This document shows positions 51,339 through 60,039 of a stretch of DNA of 64,000 bases, piece after piece. Each line of letters begins with the position of its first letter. Position 1 is the stretch's first letter. A program made the translations under genes and the position numbers. The notes beneath the pieces were generated by a model, which made no database searches, had not been told where the DNA came from, and was given only the letters and a program-made list of their open reading frames with translations. This DNA is from Sedimentisphaerales bacterium (GTDB taxonomy: Bacteria; Planctomycetota; Phycisphaerae; Sedimentisphaerales; SM23-30), in NCBI GenBank assembly GCA_963666285.1, contig OY762711.1, one strand, 5' to 3'.

Positions 51339-53267
51339 GTCGAGTAGGCATAATATGGTTCCTATCATATAGTTATATGTGAGGAACTTCAATACCCCTC
51401 ACAGAACCGGACTTGTGGCTTTCCCACATCCGGCTCTTCGGTTTAACTCACCTTACATGTGACATCCGTAAAAACTATGTACTATCCGCGGTTTCGGCAA
51501 CGGATAATGATTCAGGTACTCTGTAAACTTAGCCCAGTTCATCTTACGCTTCTGACTACGCCTGTTCAGCCATTTCTTTACCATCCTAAGTGTTAGTTTG
51601 TAAAACTTTATTATTCCTATAGAGTTCTCACTGACACCATAGTATTGATAATGGCCTCGCAGTTTGGCTTCCAGAACCTTCCACCATTCCTTTGTCTTGA
51701 ACTGGTTTCTTATATCTTTCAGCCAATCATTCATTTCCCGGCATTTGGTCTTAAACTTCTTGCTGCTGGTCTTACGACCCAGCTTAAAATTTCCTCTGCG
51801 GGATTTGTCACAATAATGCGTAAAACCCAAAAAATCGAACGTATTGGCCTTACGGCCTTGTTTTATAGCGTTTTCTCTCTCATACCGGCCAAAAGTCATA
51901 TTTCGGCTCTTAGTCGGATGAATTTCCAGCCCATATTTATTGAACCGGTTCTTCAACGTCTTTTCGATCTTTCGGGCATCTTCTTCGTAACGAACCACAC
52001 AAACAAAGTTGTCTGCATACCTCACCAATTCACAGTATCCTTTGACATGGCTCTTAACTGTCGTCTCAAACCATTCATCTAATACATAATGCAGGAATAT
52101 ATTGGCTAACATCGGGCTAAGAATACTGCCTTGCGGCGTACCTTTGTCTGACCTTACCAGTAAACCCTCATCAACATATCCGGCTTCAAGGAACTTCTCT
52201 ATTATGTTTAATAATGCCGTATCTGATATTCTTATGCGTATAAATTCCATAAGTTTATCATGCTCAACATTATCAAAGAAGCCCTTTATATCCGCTTCGA
52301 CTATATGGTTTACTGGTTGAAACATTATCAGGTCGTTGAGACTTTTCAATGCCTGATGACAGCTTCTTTTAGGTCGAAAGCCATACGAACAGTCTGAAAA
52401 ATCCTGTTCATATATACTTTCCAGTATCCACGTGATACCACGCTCTACTATCTTGTTTTCCAGAGCTGATATACCCAAAGGACGGGTTTCCCTGTCATTT
52501 TTGGGTATATAGACCCGTCTGGCTGGTTTGGGCTTAAACTTATTACGTTTGAGCTTTGTTACCAGTCGTTCCAGATTGGCTTCTAAGTCAACTCCATATT
52601 CCTGCCAGCTTACATCGTCTATTCCTACTGCCTTATTCCTGTTCAGGCTATTGTAGCAATACCGGAGATATTCAACATCAAGTAAATGAGCAAGGCTCGT
52701 AAACCTGAAGCTTCGGTCTCTTCGGGCATGACCGGCTATAAGAGACAACTTTGTCAATGTTTTGCCAATTTCAGTGTATTGCATTTCTAATTCTGTCTCT
52801 TTACATTAAACCGTCGGCTCCTTCGAGTGGGTTCTATTGCCCTCAGCAGGCATTACCCTGCTTACTCCTCTACTATGGGCCGATCCGACTGCCAATATGC
52901 CATACCGTCTCGTAACTTCTTCAGCTTCCTCGACAGCTTCCTTTTGGAACATATTGGCTCTCCCAAGTTCCAATGCAGTCAGTTCGTTTACCCGCTACGG
53001 ACTCAGACCCCGGCTCGCCGATATATACTCGCCTTATCTCGCATATACCAGTATTAGCTTCAGTGTTAAGAATCACCTGGCCCGGATGCGTTAATTTCTA
53101 ATTTCGGGGCTCAATACCTTCACTTACGTTGTAGCTGACAAACTCCTTTCCCGGGGCTTCGCACAGCTTGTTACCTCACTGCACGCCCGGTTCTGTAATG
53201 GGCCGGTGGCTAACCCTTACCCATGCCGGATTGGCCGGCTTGACTGCACCAGCTTACCTTGGCGCTC
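51339..53267 (-). mobile_element. Group II intron (AGC triad, no endonuclease domain), about 1.93 kb
   Basis: Domain V GAGCCGGATGTGGGAAAGCCACAAGTCCGGTTC, domain VI ending CCTACTCGAC at 51339; 5' end GAGCGCCAAGG at 53267. Confidence 0.88.
51453..52784 (-). CDS. ltrA: Group II intron reverse transcriptase/maturase with YADN at the catalytic motif
   Basis: RPLGI, SYGFRP, ADIKGFFD, GTPQGSILSP, RYADNF, FDFLGF, domain X LRGHYQYY. Confidence 0.92.
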   Translation of the reverse strand: MQYTEIGKTLTKLSLIAGHARRDRSFRFTSLAHLLDVEYLRYCYNSLNRNKAVGIDDVSWQEYGVDLEANLERLVTKLKRNKFKPKPARRVYIPKNDRETRPLGISALENKIVERGITWILESIYEQDFSDCSYGFRPKRSCHQALKSLNDLIMFQPVNHIVEADIKGFFDNVEHDKLMEFIRIRISDTALLNIIEKFLEAGYVDEGLLVRSDKGTPQGSILSPMLANIFLHYVLDEWFETTVKSHVKGYCELVRYADNFVCVVRYEEDARKIEKTLKNRFNKYGLEIHPTKSRNMTFGRYERENAIKQGRKANTFDFLGFTHYCDKSRRGNFKLGRKTSSKKFKTKCREMNDWLKDIRNQFKTKEWWKVLEAKLRGHYQYYGVSENSIGIIKFYKLTLRMVKKWLNRRSQKRKMNWAKFTEYLNHYPLPKPRIVHSFYGCHM

Positions 53268-53433
53268 TCATAATTCAGCATTCATAATTCATAATTTAAA
53301 CTTCTTCCTCCTCGCTACTCTCTTCTAACTCTTCTTATTAGTGTCTATTGGTGTTTATTCGTGAAAATATGAAGAAAAGGCATCCTAAGGTATAATATAT
53401 ACCAAAACAAACTTTTATACGAAAGGATGCCTC

Positions 53434-54465
53434 ATGAACAACATACATTATATTGGAACAGATTTGCATAGCAACAATATTGAGCTGGCAATTCGTTACA
53501 GGCAGAAGGTAATCCAGAGATATTCTCTGCCGACATCGTTGCCTCCTGTTTTGGAGGTTATAAGCTCCATCAAAGGCAAAAAACAGATGGCAGTAGAGGA
53601 AGGCCCCATGGCAGGCTGGCTTTATCGCGGCGTATTTGGCAAAGTTGACAGGTTTGTAATCGCAGAACCTCGCCGTAACAAGCTGATAAGCTCAGAAGGC
53701 GATCATGATGATGAAATTGATTCTGCAAAACTTGCAATGCTGCTGGAAGGAGGCCTTTTGAAGGAAGTTTATCATCCTCTAAATAGAGAGCAAGCGGTAT
53801 TTAAAAAGTGGGTAACTCTTTACCATGACAATGTTAAGGATGCAGTAAGAAGTATTAACAAAATCAGAGCCTGTTGTCGTATGGAAGCCATAAGAATACC
53901 CAGATATGTAATAAAAAACCCTGACAAACGTGACAAATGGCTTTCGGAGCTTGAATATACAGACATTGCCGAGCAATTAATGTTGCTGCTTATCGGCTAC
54001 GATGCAGCTTCCTGCCAGTGTAGACTTGCCAGGCAAAAAATCATGACTCTAAGTAAATCTTATCCGGTAATTAAGCAATTTCAGGAGCTGCCCGGAGTTG
54101 GCATAATACGAGCAGTAACCTTCCTGGCATATATCGATACGCCATGGAGGTTTAAGAAAAAAAGTCAATTATGGAAATATTGCGGCATTGGACTTGAACG
54201 TACAACCAGCGGCAAAGACAAATATGGCAACTCAAAACCGGCAAAACTTAAATTGCCTTACAACTGTAATCGCACTCTTAAAAATGTAATAATTGGTGCC
54301 GCTTTAAGTGCTATCAGGCAAAAGAATAGTACATATGCCCAGGATTATGAAAGGATGATCTCAAATGGTGTAAATAGATCAAATGCTCGCCATACCGTTG
54401 CCAGGAAAATACTGACAACTATGTGGGGGATTTGGAAAAGCAGCTTTCAGTATAATACGGATTAA
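53434..54465 (+). CDS. IS110 family DEDD recombinase/transposase
   Basis: YIGTDLH, VEEG, HDDEIDS, LPGVG, RF...LWKYCG...TSG, ARHTVARK. Confidence 0.92.
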   Translation: MNNIHYIGTDLHSNNIELAIRYRQKVIQRYSLPTSLPPVLEVISSIKGKKQMAVEEGPMAGWLYRGVFGKVDRFVIAEPRRNKLISSEGDHDDEIDSAKLAMLLEGGLLKEVYHPLNREQAVFKKWVTLYHDNVKDAVRSINKIRACCRMEAIRIPRYVIKNPDKRDKWLSELEYTDIAEQLMLLLIGYDAASCQCRLARQKIMTLSKSYPVIKQFQELPGVGIIRAVTFLAYIDTPWRFKKKSQLWKYCGIGLERTTSGKDKYGNSKPAKLKLPYNCNRTLKNVIIGAALSAIRQKNSTYAQDYERMISNGVNRSNARHTVARKILTTMWGIWKSSFQYNTD

Positions 54466-54519
54466 GATATCGTAATTTATACTCTTTCAAAATATTATGA
54501 TTTTCTAATAGTCTTTTTG

Positions 54520-54665
54520 CATAACAGCAAAGAGTTCCGTTTCAACCACTGGACAGGCAAGAACTTGAACCCGATTCGTGAATGAACCTTTGCTTTTAGA
54601 CGTGCCTCTTTTCTTTTTATGAACTGCCCAAAGGGCATGTTCCCAATAGATGGTTGGCAGCATAA
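54520..54665 (+). ncRNA. Candidate bridge/seek RNA with target- and donor-binding loops
   Basis: Two stem / internal-loop / stem modules whose loops match the reconstructed target (AACCAC, ATTCGTG) and donor junction (TTTTTAT, ATAGATG). Confidence 0.7.
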
Positions 54666-54882
54666 TTTAATTTACGGCTATACACAATTTTATAAAAGAA
54701 TTGACCGAACAGAAAATTGTAGTTATTGAAAAAATCGCAAAATTACAAAAAAGATATCTATGACATGTACCTGCTGATGCAATAACTTACAACAAACGTA
54801 TGGATGCCCTCAAAGTAATTCATTCGAATTAGAAATTTTTTAACTTGACTTTGAGTTCTTCATAGATGGTTTAGCTCTTAGC

Positions 54883-54950
54883 CCGCCGCAGCCGATTTAA
54901 AACAGGTCGCGTCAGCGAATTATTCCTGATGTCAACGTACATCATGGCAC
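54883..54950 (+). repeat. Composite intergenic repeat copy with hairpin
   Basis: CCGCCGCAGCCGATTTAAAAC...GCGTCAGCGAATTATTCCTGATGTCAACGTACATCA; head also present at 51291-51309. Confidence 0.85.
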
Positions 54951-55904
54951 CACCTTTACACATTTCTTAAAATCCACAGTTCAAAATCATCGAGAGCAAC
55001 AAAAAATAATTAACAGAAATTCCATCCAGAACCTTGATAATAATCCATCCACTCCCAAACTTCAACCCCTATTTCCAACCTCCCCTCTCACCTCTACATT
55101 TTACTTCTCCTGTCCAACTGATCTGCCCTAACCTCTAGCAACTACTCCCTCCCTCTTTGCCAACAATTTTGTTGGCAACAGATTTGTTGGCATTTAAACT
55201 TCTCTCTTCTCGCTTCTTTCTTCTAACTCTTCTCATCCTTCAGGTACCGCAATTCTGAAATAAACTTCCCTCACACATCACCTTTAAATTAAGGTCCCGA
55301 TGCACATCGGGACAACCTTCTTTACTCTTTTTATTTTACACTTTACTCTTTGATGCCGCTCCGCGGCATCTGGACTGCCCAATAATTCCCGATCCTTATT
55401 TCCAGCTAAACAAACGCATTTTAATCTTTATTTCATACCCCCTTCCGCGCCCCCTCCGCGCTCGTTCTCAGCCCGCCGTAAGCTTCCGCGCGGCCTCCGT
55501 TGCCCGCAATTGCCCGGCGTTTAACGCCGTAAAATCGACTTTGGTACCACCTGCCGCCAATCCACCCCAAATCTTACAATCTATTGCACACATATTTTCC
55601 CATACTTCTGCCTCCAATTTCTTCACCGCCGGCCAATTAATAGTATCGGCGAAGCCGTTTAAAATTAAGTTGCCTGGCACACCTTTCCTTATGCCATATC
55701 CCATATGCCTTATGCCTGTTTTTCACTTTTCAAGTAAAAATACAAAAAAACAGTTGAGTTTTGTATTTTGCTTCCGCTAATATATTTATGGAAGCTAACC
55801 GATTCTTACTTTTTCCATAAAATCGCAAATAGCTGACAAACAACGCTTTATAGAAATAACTAAACAGACCGAAAACCAGGTAATACTAGCTAAGGGGACC
55901 CATT

Positions 55905-56855
55905 ATGGGCAAAATATACGACAATAACGGATTTACTATTGGCAATACTCCTCTGGTGCGAATCAACAAACTAGGCACCGGCAACGCCACGATTCTCGCT
56001 AAAATCGAAGCTCGCAACCCGGCCTTCTCCGTTAAATGTCGTATCGGCGTCGCTATGATCGATTACGGCCTGGAACAGGGCCTGCTAAAACCAGGCATAG
56101 AGATCATCGAACCCACCAGCGGCAACACCGGCATCGCGCTCGCATTTGCTGGCGCAGCAAGGGGTTACAAAGTTAACCTCACCATGCCCGAGACCATGAG
56201 CATCGAACGTCGCAAGGTTCTCGCCGCTCTCGGCGCCAACCTCATACTCACCGACGGCACGCTAGGCATGTCCGGAGCTATCAACAAAGCCGAGGAAATC
56301 GCCAACGCCGAACCCGGTAAGTACTATATTCCACAACAGTTTAAGAACCCGGCCAACCCGGCCATACATCGCAAAACCACCGGACCCGAAATCTTCAACG
56401 ATACCGACGGCAAAGTTGACGCCGTCATCGCAGGCGTCGGAACCGGCGGCACAATATCTGGCATCGGCAACTTCCTAAAAAACGATAAGTCGCTGCCAGT
56501 TAAGATGATAGCGGTCGAACCGGCCACATCGCCGGTCATCACCCAAAAGCTCGCCGAACAGGAACTAGCACCCGGCCCGCACAAAATCCAGGGCATCGGC
56601 GCCGGCTTTATCCCCGAAAACCTCGACCTCGATATACTTGACCAGGTCGAACTCGTCTCCGACGACGACGCTATAGCTACCGCCCGCAGACTCGCAAACG
56701 AAGAAGGTATACTCGCCGGCATCTCATGCGGAGCTGCTATGACCGCCGCTCTCAGACTCGAAGCCAGTCCGGAATACGCCGGCAAAACGATCGTCGTTAT
56801 ACTGCCCGACAGCGGAGAAAGGTATCTGTCAACAGCACTCTATCAAACGATATAA
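55905..56855 (+). CDS. cysK: Cysteine synthase A
   Basis: [40 protein letters not shown]. Confidence 0.96.
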   Translation: MGKIYDNNGFTIGNTPLVRINKLGTGNATILAKIEARNPAFSVKCRIGVAMIDYGLEQGLLKPGIEIIEPTSGNTGIALAFAGAARGYKVNLTMPETMSIERRKVLAALGANLILTDGTLGMSGAINKAEEIANAEPGKYYIPQQFKNPANPAIHRKTTGPEIFNDTDGKVDAVIAGVGTGGTISGIGNFLKNDKSLPVKMIAVEPATSPVITQKLAEQELAPGPHKIQGIGAGFIPENLDLDILDQVELVSDDDAIATARRLANEEGILAGISCGAAMTAALRLEASPEYAGKTIVVILPDSGERYLSTALYQTI

Positions 56856-56960
56856 CAATAACTTATAACAATTTATAGCAAAATAACTTTAGGTATCCTC
56901 TGCAAATTACCTTAAACGTTATTTTCATTTCAAGACTCCTTATAACTAACAACTATAGAA

Positions 56961-56992
56961 AACGGCAAGAGCTCAAACGGGCTTTTGCCGTT
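56961..56992. terminator. Hairpin / probable terminator after cysK
   Basis: AACGGCAAGAGCTC/GGGCTTTTGCCGTT stem. Confidence 0.55.
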
Positions 56993-57171
56993 ATCTGTTT
57001 TAAATTTCATTAAATATTTAACCTCTCATATTCCGATAACTAATAAGTCTGAAAGTATATGACTATACTCAGGCATATTTAAGTTACTATATCAAAAGTA
57101 TTTAAAATTAACACGAGCGTAAGCGAGTACCTCAACTATTAGTTATAAGCTATTAGTTTTTGACTGTTAAA

Positions 57172-59010
57172 ATGAGCCAGGCACAGATAATATATGATTT
57201 TCTAGCCCAGAGCGGCAACCCAGCCGCTGACGAGCTGCTGAATCTGGCATTGAAGATGTCTGATGAGCCCTACAAAAGCGCCATTTTCGAAACTATCATT
57301 GATCGTGGCCGCTCACGCTCTTCAGCCGATATCATCAGCCATTTCCACCATATGGACAAAGCCCGTCAGGCACTAATCGTCCAGCGTGCGGCTGACCTCT
57401 ATGCTCCTATCGGACAGGCACTTACAGCAAACGACGATCAGGCCCGCAAAAACGCGATTGAGATCATCAGCCGCAGCCGCGACTGCCGATTGGGCGAAGC
57501 GCTCGTACTCATGCTCAAAAGCGGCATCTTCCAGCTGGCCGCGAAGGCCGCGAAAATTCTCGCCGAAATGGTAGATGATTTCGTTGCCGAAAACCCATTC
57601 TGGTACCTCGACAACCGAAATAACATCAATTATCAATATGATACCGAACTCGGCAGTCGCAGGTCCGCCCATACCCTAAAACCAAAGGACAAACGCCAGT
57701 ATCTGCTTACCGCTCTGAAAGAAGCCATGGATGTATATAACCTGCACCAGCGATCGGAGCTTATCCCGGCCGCTATGATGATAACCGGCGCCGGTGACGA
57801 AGTATTCTGGAAATTCAGCAATACGGTAACCACCCCGCTTACAGAAAGCGTTATCAACATTGTCGGACATGACCGCCGGGCGAAAATGGCTTATTTTATC
57901 TGTAGCTCCTTGAAAATAACAAGGTTACGTACAATGGCCATCAGCAACATAGGCGGCAAGCATGACATCGATTTCATTTCGGCACTGGCAACTTCATATA
58001 GTATCCTCAAGAAAGACAGTGAAATTGTCAAACGCATGAAAGGCGTAAAAACGCCGCAATGGCTCAATATCGAGACTGTTTCTTTAAGCGAAGTCAGCAA
58101 AGAACAGCAGAAATTATTGATCGACCTTATCGACGCAACTGGTGCTGATCCAACGGTTAAAGCCACCTGGGCCTATAATTCTATGCCCTATGTGCATCTG
58201 CACTATATCTTCCCGCTGATAGGCATAATTGCCAATCCTAAAAACAAAATCGCGGTCGATATGCTCAAAAATATCAATATGTCATCTAATGAAGACATTG
58301 CCTTTGAATCGCTAAAGCATCTGATATTCCTCAAACCACCGGAACTACTAACCGTAGTAGGCCGAAATCTGAAGAGTCCGCATGTAAAGGTCAGGGAACT
58401 GGCGACCAGGGTATACCAAAAAGGCGCTTTTGACCTGTTCTGGAAGAAATTCGAGCGGCTTGAACCTGGATCTAAGCAAAAAGCGGCAAGAGCGATTTTT
58501 AAGCTTACCGAGGAAAATCATCAGCGATGGGAACAGCAGGCATCAAATCATGATCCTGCCATCAGACTTAAAGCGCTTAAAGTCTTGCAATCAGCGGGTT
58601 TGCAAGAAGATCACATCGAATCGCTGCTGAACATGATAAGTGATCGTGATCCATTTGTCCGGTCACTGGCGATATCGCTGATCGGTCAGACCGGTGAGCT
58701 GCACGAACATGCCGAGGAAGTTCTACTGGCAGCAACCAACGACCGGGACCCTCGGGTGCTGGCAAATGCTATCGAAGGGCTGGACTTCATCCACTCTAAA
58801 CGTGCTGTTGACATAGCTTTACAACACACTGAAAGCAATATTCCCAGGGTTCGGGCCAATGCCATTCGTGTCTTGATACATAACCAGGTAGAAAACGCGT
58901 GGATATTCTTTAAGAATATGCTGGGTGATAAGCGACCCGGGCATAAAAAGAGTGCCAGGTGGCTGCTGGAGAAATCCGGGCTTACTAAGACATCAAGCAA
59001 GAAGAAATAG
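57172..59010 (+). CDS. HEAT-repeat protein
   Basis: DPAIRLKA, DRDPFVRSLA, DRDPRVLANA, PRVRANA. Confidence 0.8.
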   Translation: MSQAQIIYDFLAQSGNPAADELLNLALKMSDEPYKSAIFETIIDRGRSRSSADIISHFHHMDKARQALIVQRAADLYAPIGQALTANDDQARKNAIEIISRSRDCRLGEALVLMLKSGIFQLAAKAAKILAEMVDDFVAENPFWYLDNRNNINYQYDTELGSRRSAHTLKPKDKRQYLLTALKEAMDVYNLHQRSELIPAAMMITGAGDEVFWKFSNTVTTPLTESVINIVGHDRRAKMAYFICSSLKITRLRTMAISNIGGKHDIDFISALATSYSILKKDSEIVKRMKGVKTPQWLNIETVSLSEVSKEQQKLLIDLIDATGADPTVKATWAYNSMPYVHLHYIFPLIGIIANPKNKIAVDMLKNINMSSNEDIAFESLKHLIFLKPPELLTVVGRNLKSPHVKVRELATRVYQKGAFDLFWKKFERLEPGSKQKAARAIFKLTEENHQRWEQQASNHDPAIRLKALKVLQSAGLQEDHIESLLNMISDRDPFVRSLAISLIGQTGELHEHAEEVLLAATNDRDPRVLANAIEGLDFIHSKRAVDIALQHTESNIPRVRANAIRVLIHNQVENAWIFFKNMLGDKRPGHKKSARWLLEKSGLTKTSSKKK

Positions 59011-59070
59011 CAATTTCTCTTAAATCTATATAAAACAGTAGATTAGAGCTATAATAACCATTCTTTTGTT

Positions 59071-59649
59071 TTGGAATCCTTATTCAAACCTGTATTGATG
59101 AAACTTATTAATAAGATACAATTTATAAGTGTAAGTGATTGCATTACAGATCATTACAGCTATTGCACGGTACCAGGTAAACAGTTATCAGTCGGGATTG
59201 TTTTTTATGATGATATCGTAATGCGGGTATTAGTTGGCAATACCATTACCGAGGTAAATCGACAGGTCAAACAGGAATACAAAAGAGTGGCAAAGAGCAG
59301 TAAAGTACCGTATAAATTAGATTTACAGATAGTAAAATACCTGTCAGGTGAACCGATCGCATTTGAATGCAAGGCAGCATTGTGGACAAATGGTTTCACA
59401 GCCAGAGTAATCAACAAATGCAGCAAGGTGCCCTACGGCGAGGTATTGACCTATAGCGGACTGGCAGCGAAGGCCGGAAACGGTCAAGCGGCACGTGCCG
59501 CCGGAACGGCGATGCGAAACAACCGCTGCCCGCTTCTAGTGCCTTGCCACCGGGTGATAAAGGCCAACGGCGAGCCGGGGAGATACTCCGCCGGGTCAGG
59601 GACGGCAACAAAGGTTATGCTGTTAGATATGGAAAAAAGTAATACCTGA
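59071..59649 (+). CDS. ogt: Methylated-DNA--protein-cysteine S-methyltransferase (start uncertain)
   Basis: VPYGEVLTY, AARAAGTA, VPCHRV. Confidence 0.9.
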   Translation: MESLFKPVLMKLINKIQFISVSDCITDHYSYCTVPGKQLSVGIVFYDDIVMRVLVGNTITEVNRQVKQEYKRVAKSSKVPYKLDLQIVKYLSGEPIAFECKAALWTNGFTARVINKCSKVPYGEVLTYSGLAAKAGNGQAARAAGTAMRNNRCPLLVPCHRVIKANGEPGRYSAGSGTATKVMLLDMEKSNT

Positions 59650-59945
59650 TAGTCCTAAACGATAACGAAACCTGTACCGCAGCAGAGACAATTGCAGAAA
59701 TATACTGCCGGGCAGTAAACGGGCAATGAATACCATGCTGCTAACGGTGCAAAAGTGTTATCCCGCGAGGAGCTGAAAAGACCAACGGAGGTGGCGCGGA
59801 CGCCAACGGAGAGGCAGCAAATGAGCGTCATATAGGCCAAATTTCACAAAAACCAGTCGTGGTGCTACCAGATACGCACAGTTCTATATTTAACCAATAC
59901 TCATTTATACATAAAAAAACACATATGCCTACTGAATTACAAAGA

Positions 59946-59981
59946 AAAACTCCATCAGGTCGGGCAGACCAAATGGAGTTT
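59946..59981 (-). terminator. Terminator after the GLUG protein gene
   Basis: AAACTCCAT/ATGGAGTTT stem plus T-run on the minus strand. Confidence 0.6.
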
Positions 59982-60039
59982 AGATAGATAGTAAGACACT
60001 CGTTTTAATATTTCAAATATTCAACATCCTTACTAGATA

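Larger units (their letters stand above)
53364..54868 (+). mobile_element. IS110 family (IS1111-type) insertion sequence
   Basis: Sub-terminal IRs TATGAAGAA (53368-76) and TTCTTCATA (54856-64); TG core at 53362-63 and 54867-68; long 3' non-coding end. Confidence 0.85.

Noticed and set aside
47431..52784. Diversity-generating retroelement (RT plus Avd-like four-helix gene plus variable repeats)
   Set aside because: The RT lies inside group II intron domains V/VI and has a maturase domain; no TR/VR pair with adenine-specific differences was seen; the four-helix gene is only a suffix fragment
55468..55780. Short overlapping ORFs upstream of cysK
   Set aside because: No convincing RBS or motif; they lie next to repeat debris
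22148..57130. Composite repeats as integron attC sites
   Set aside because: No consistent RYYYAAC...GTTRRRY ends, no integrase, and copies lie inside a core operon
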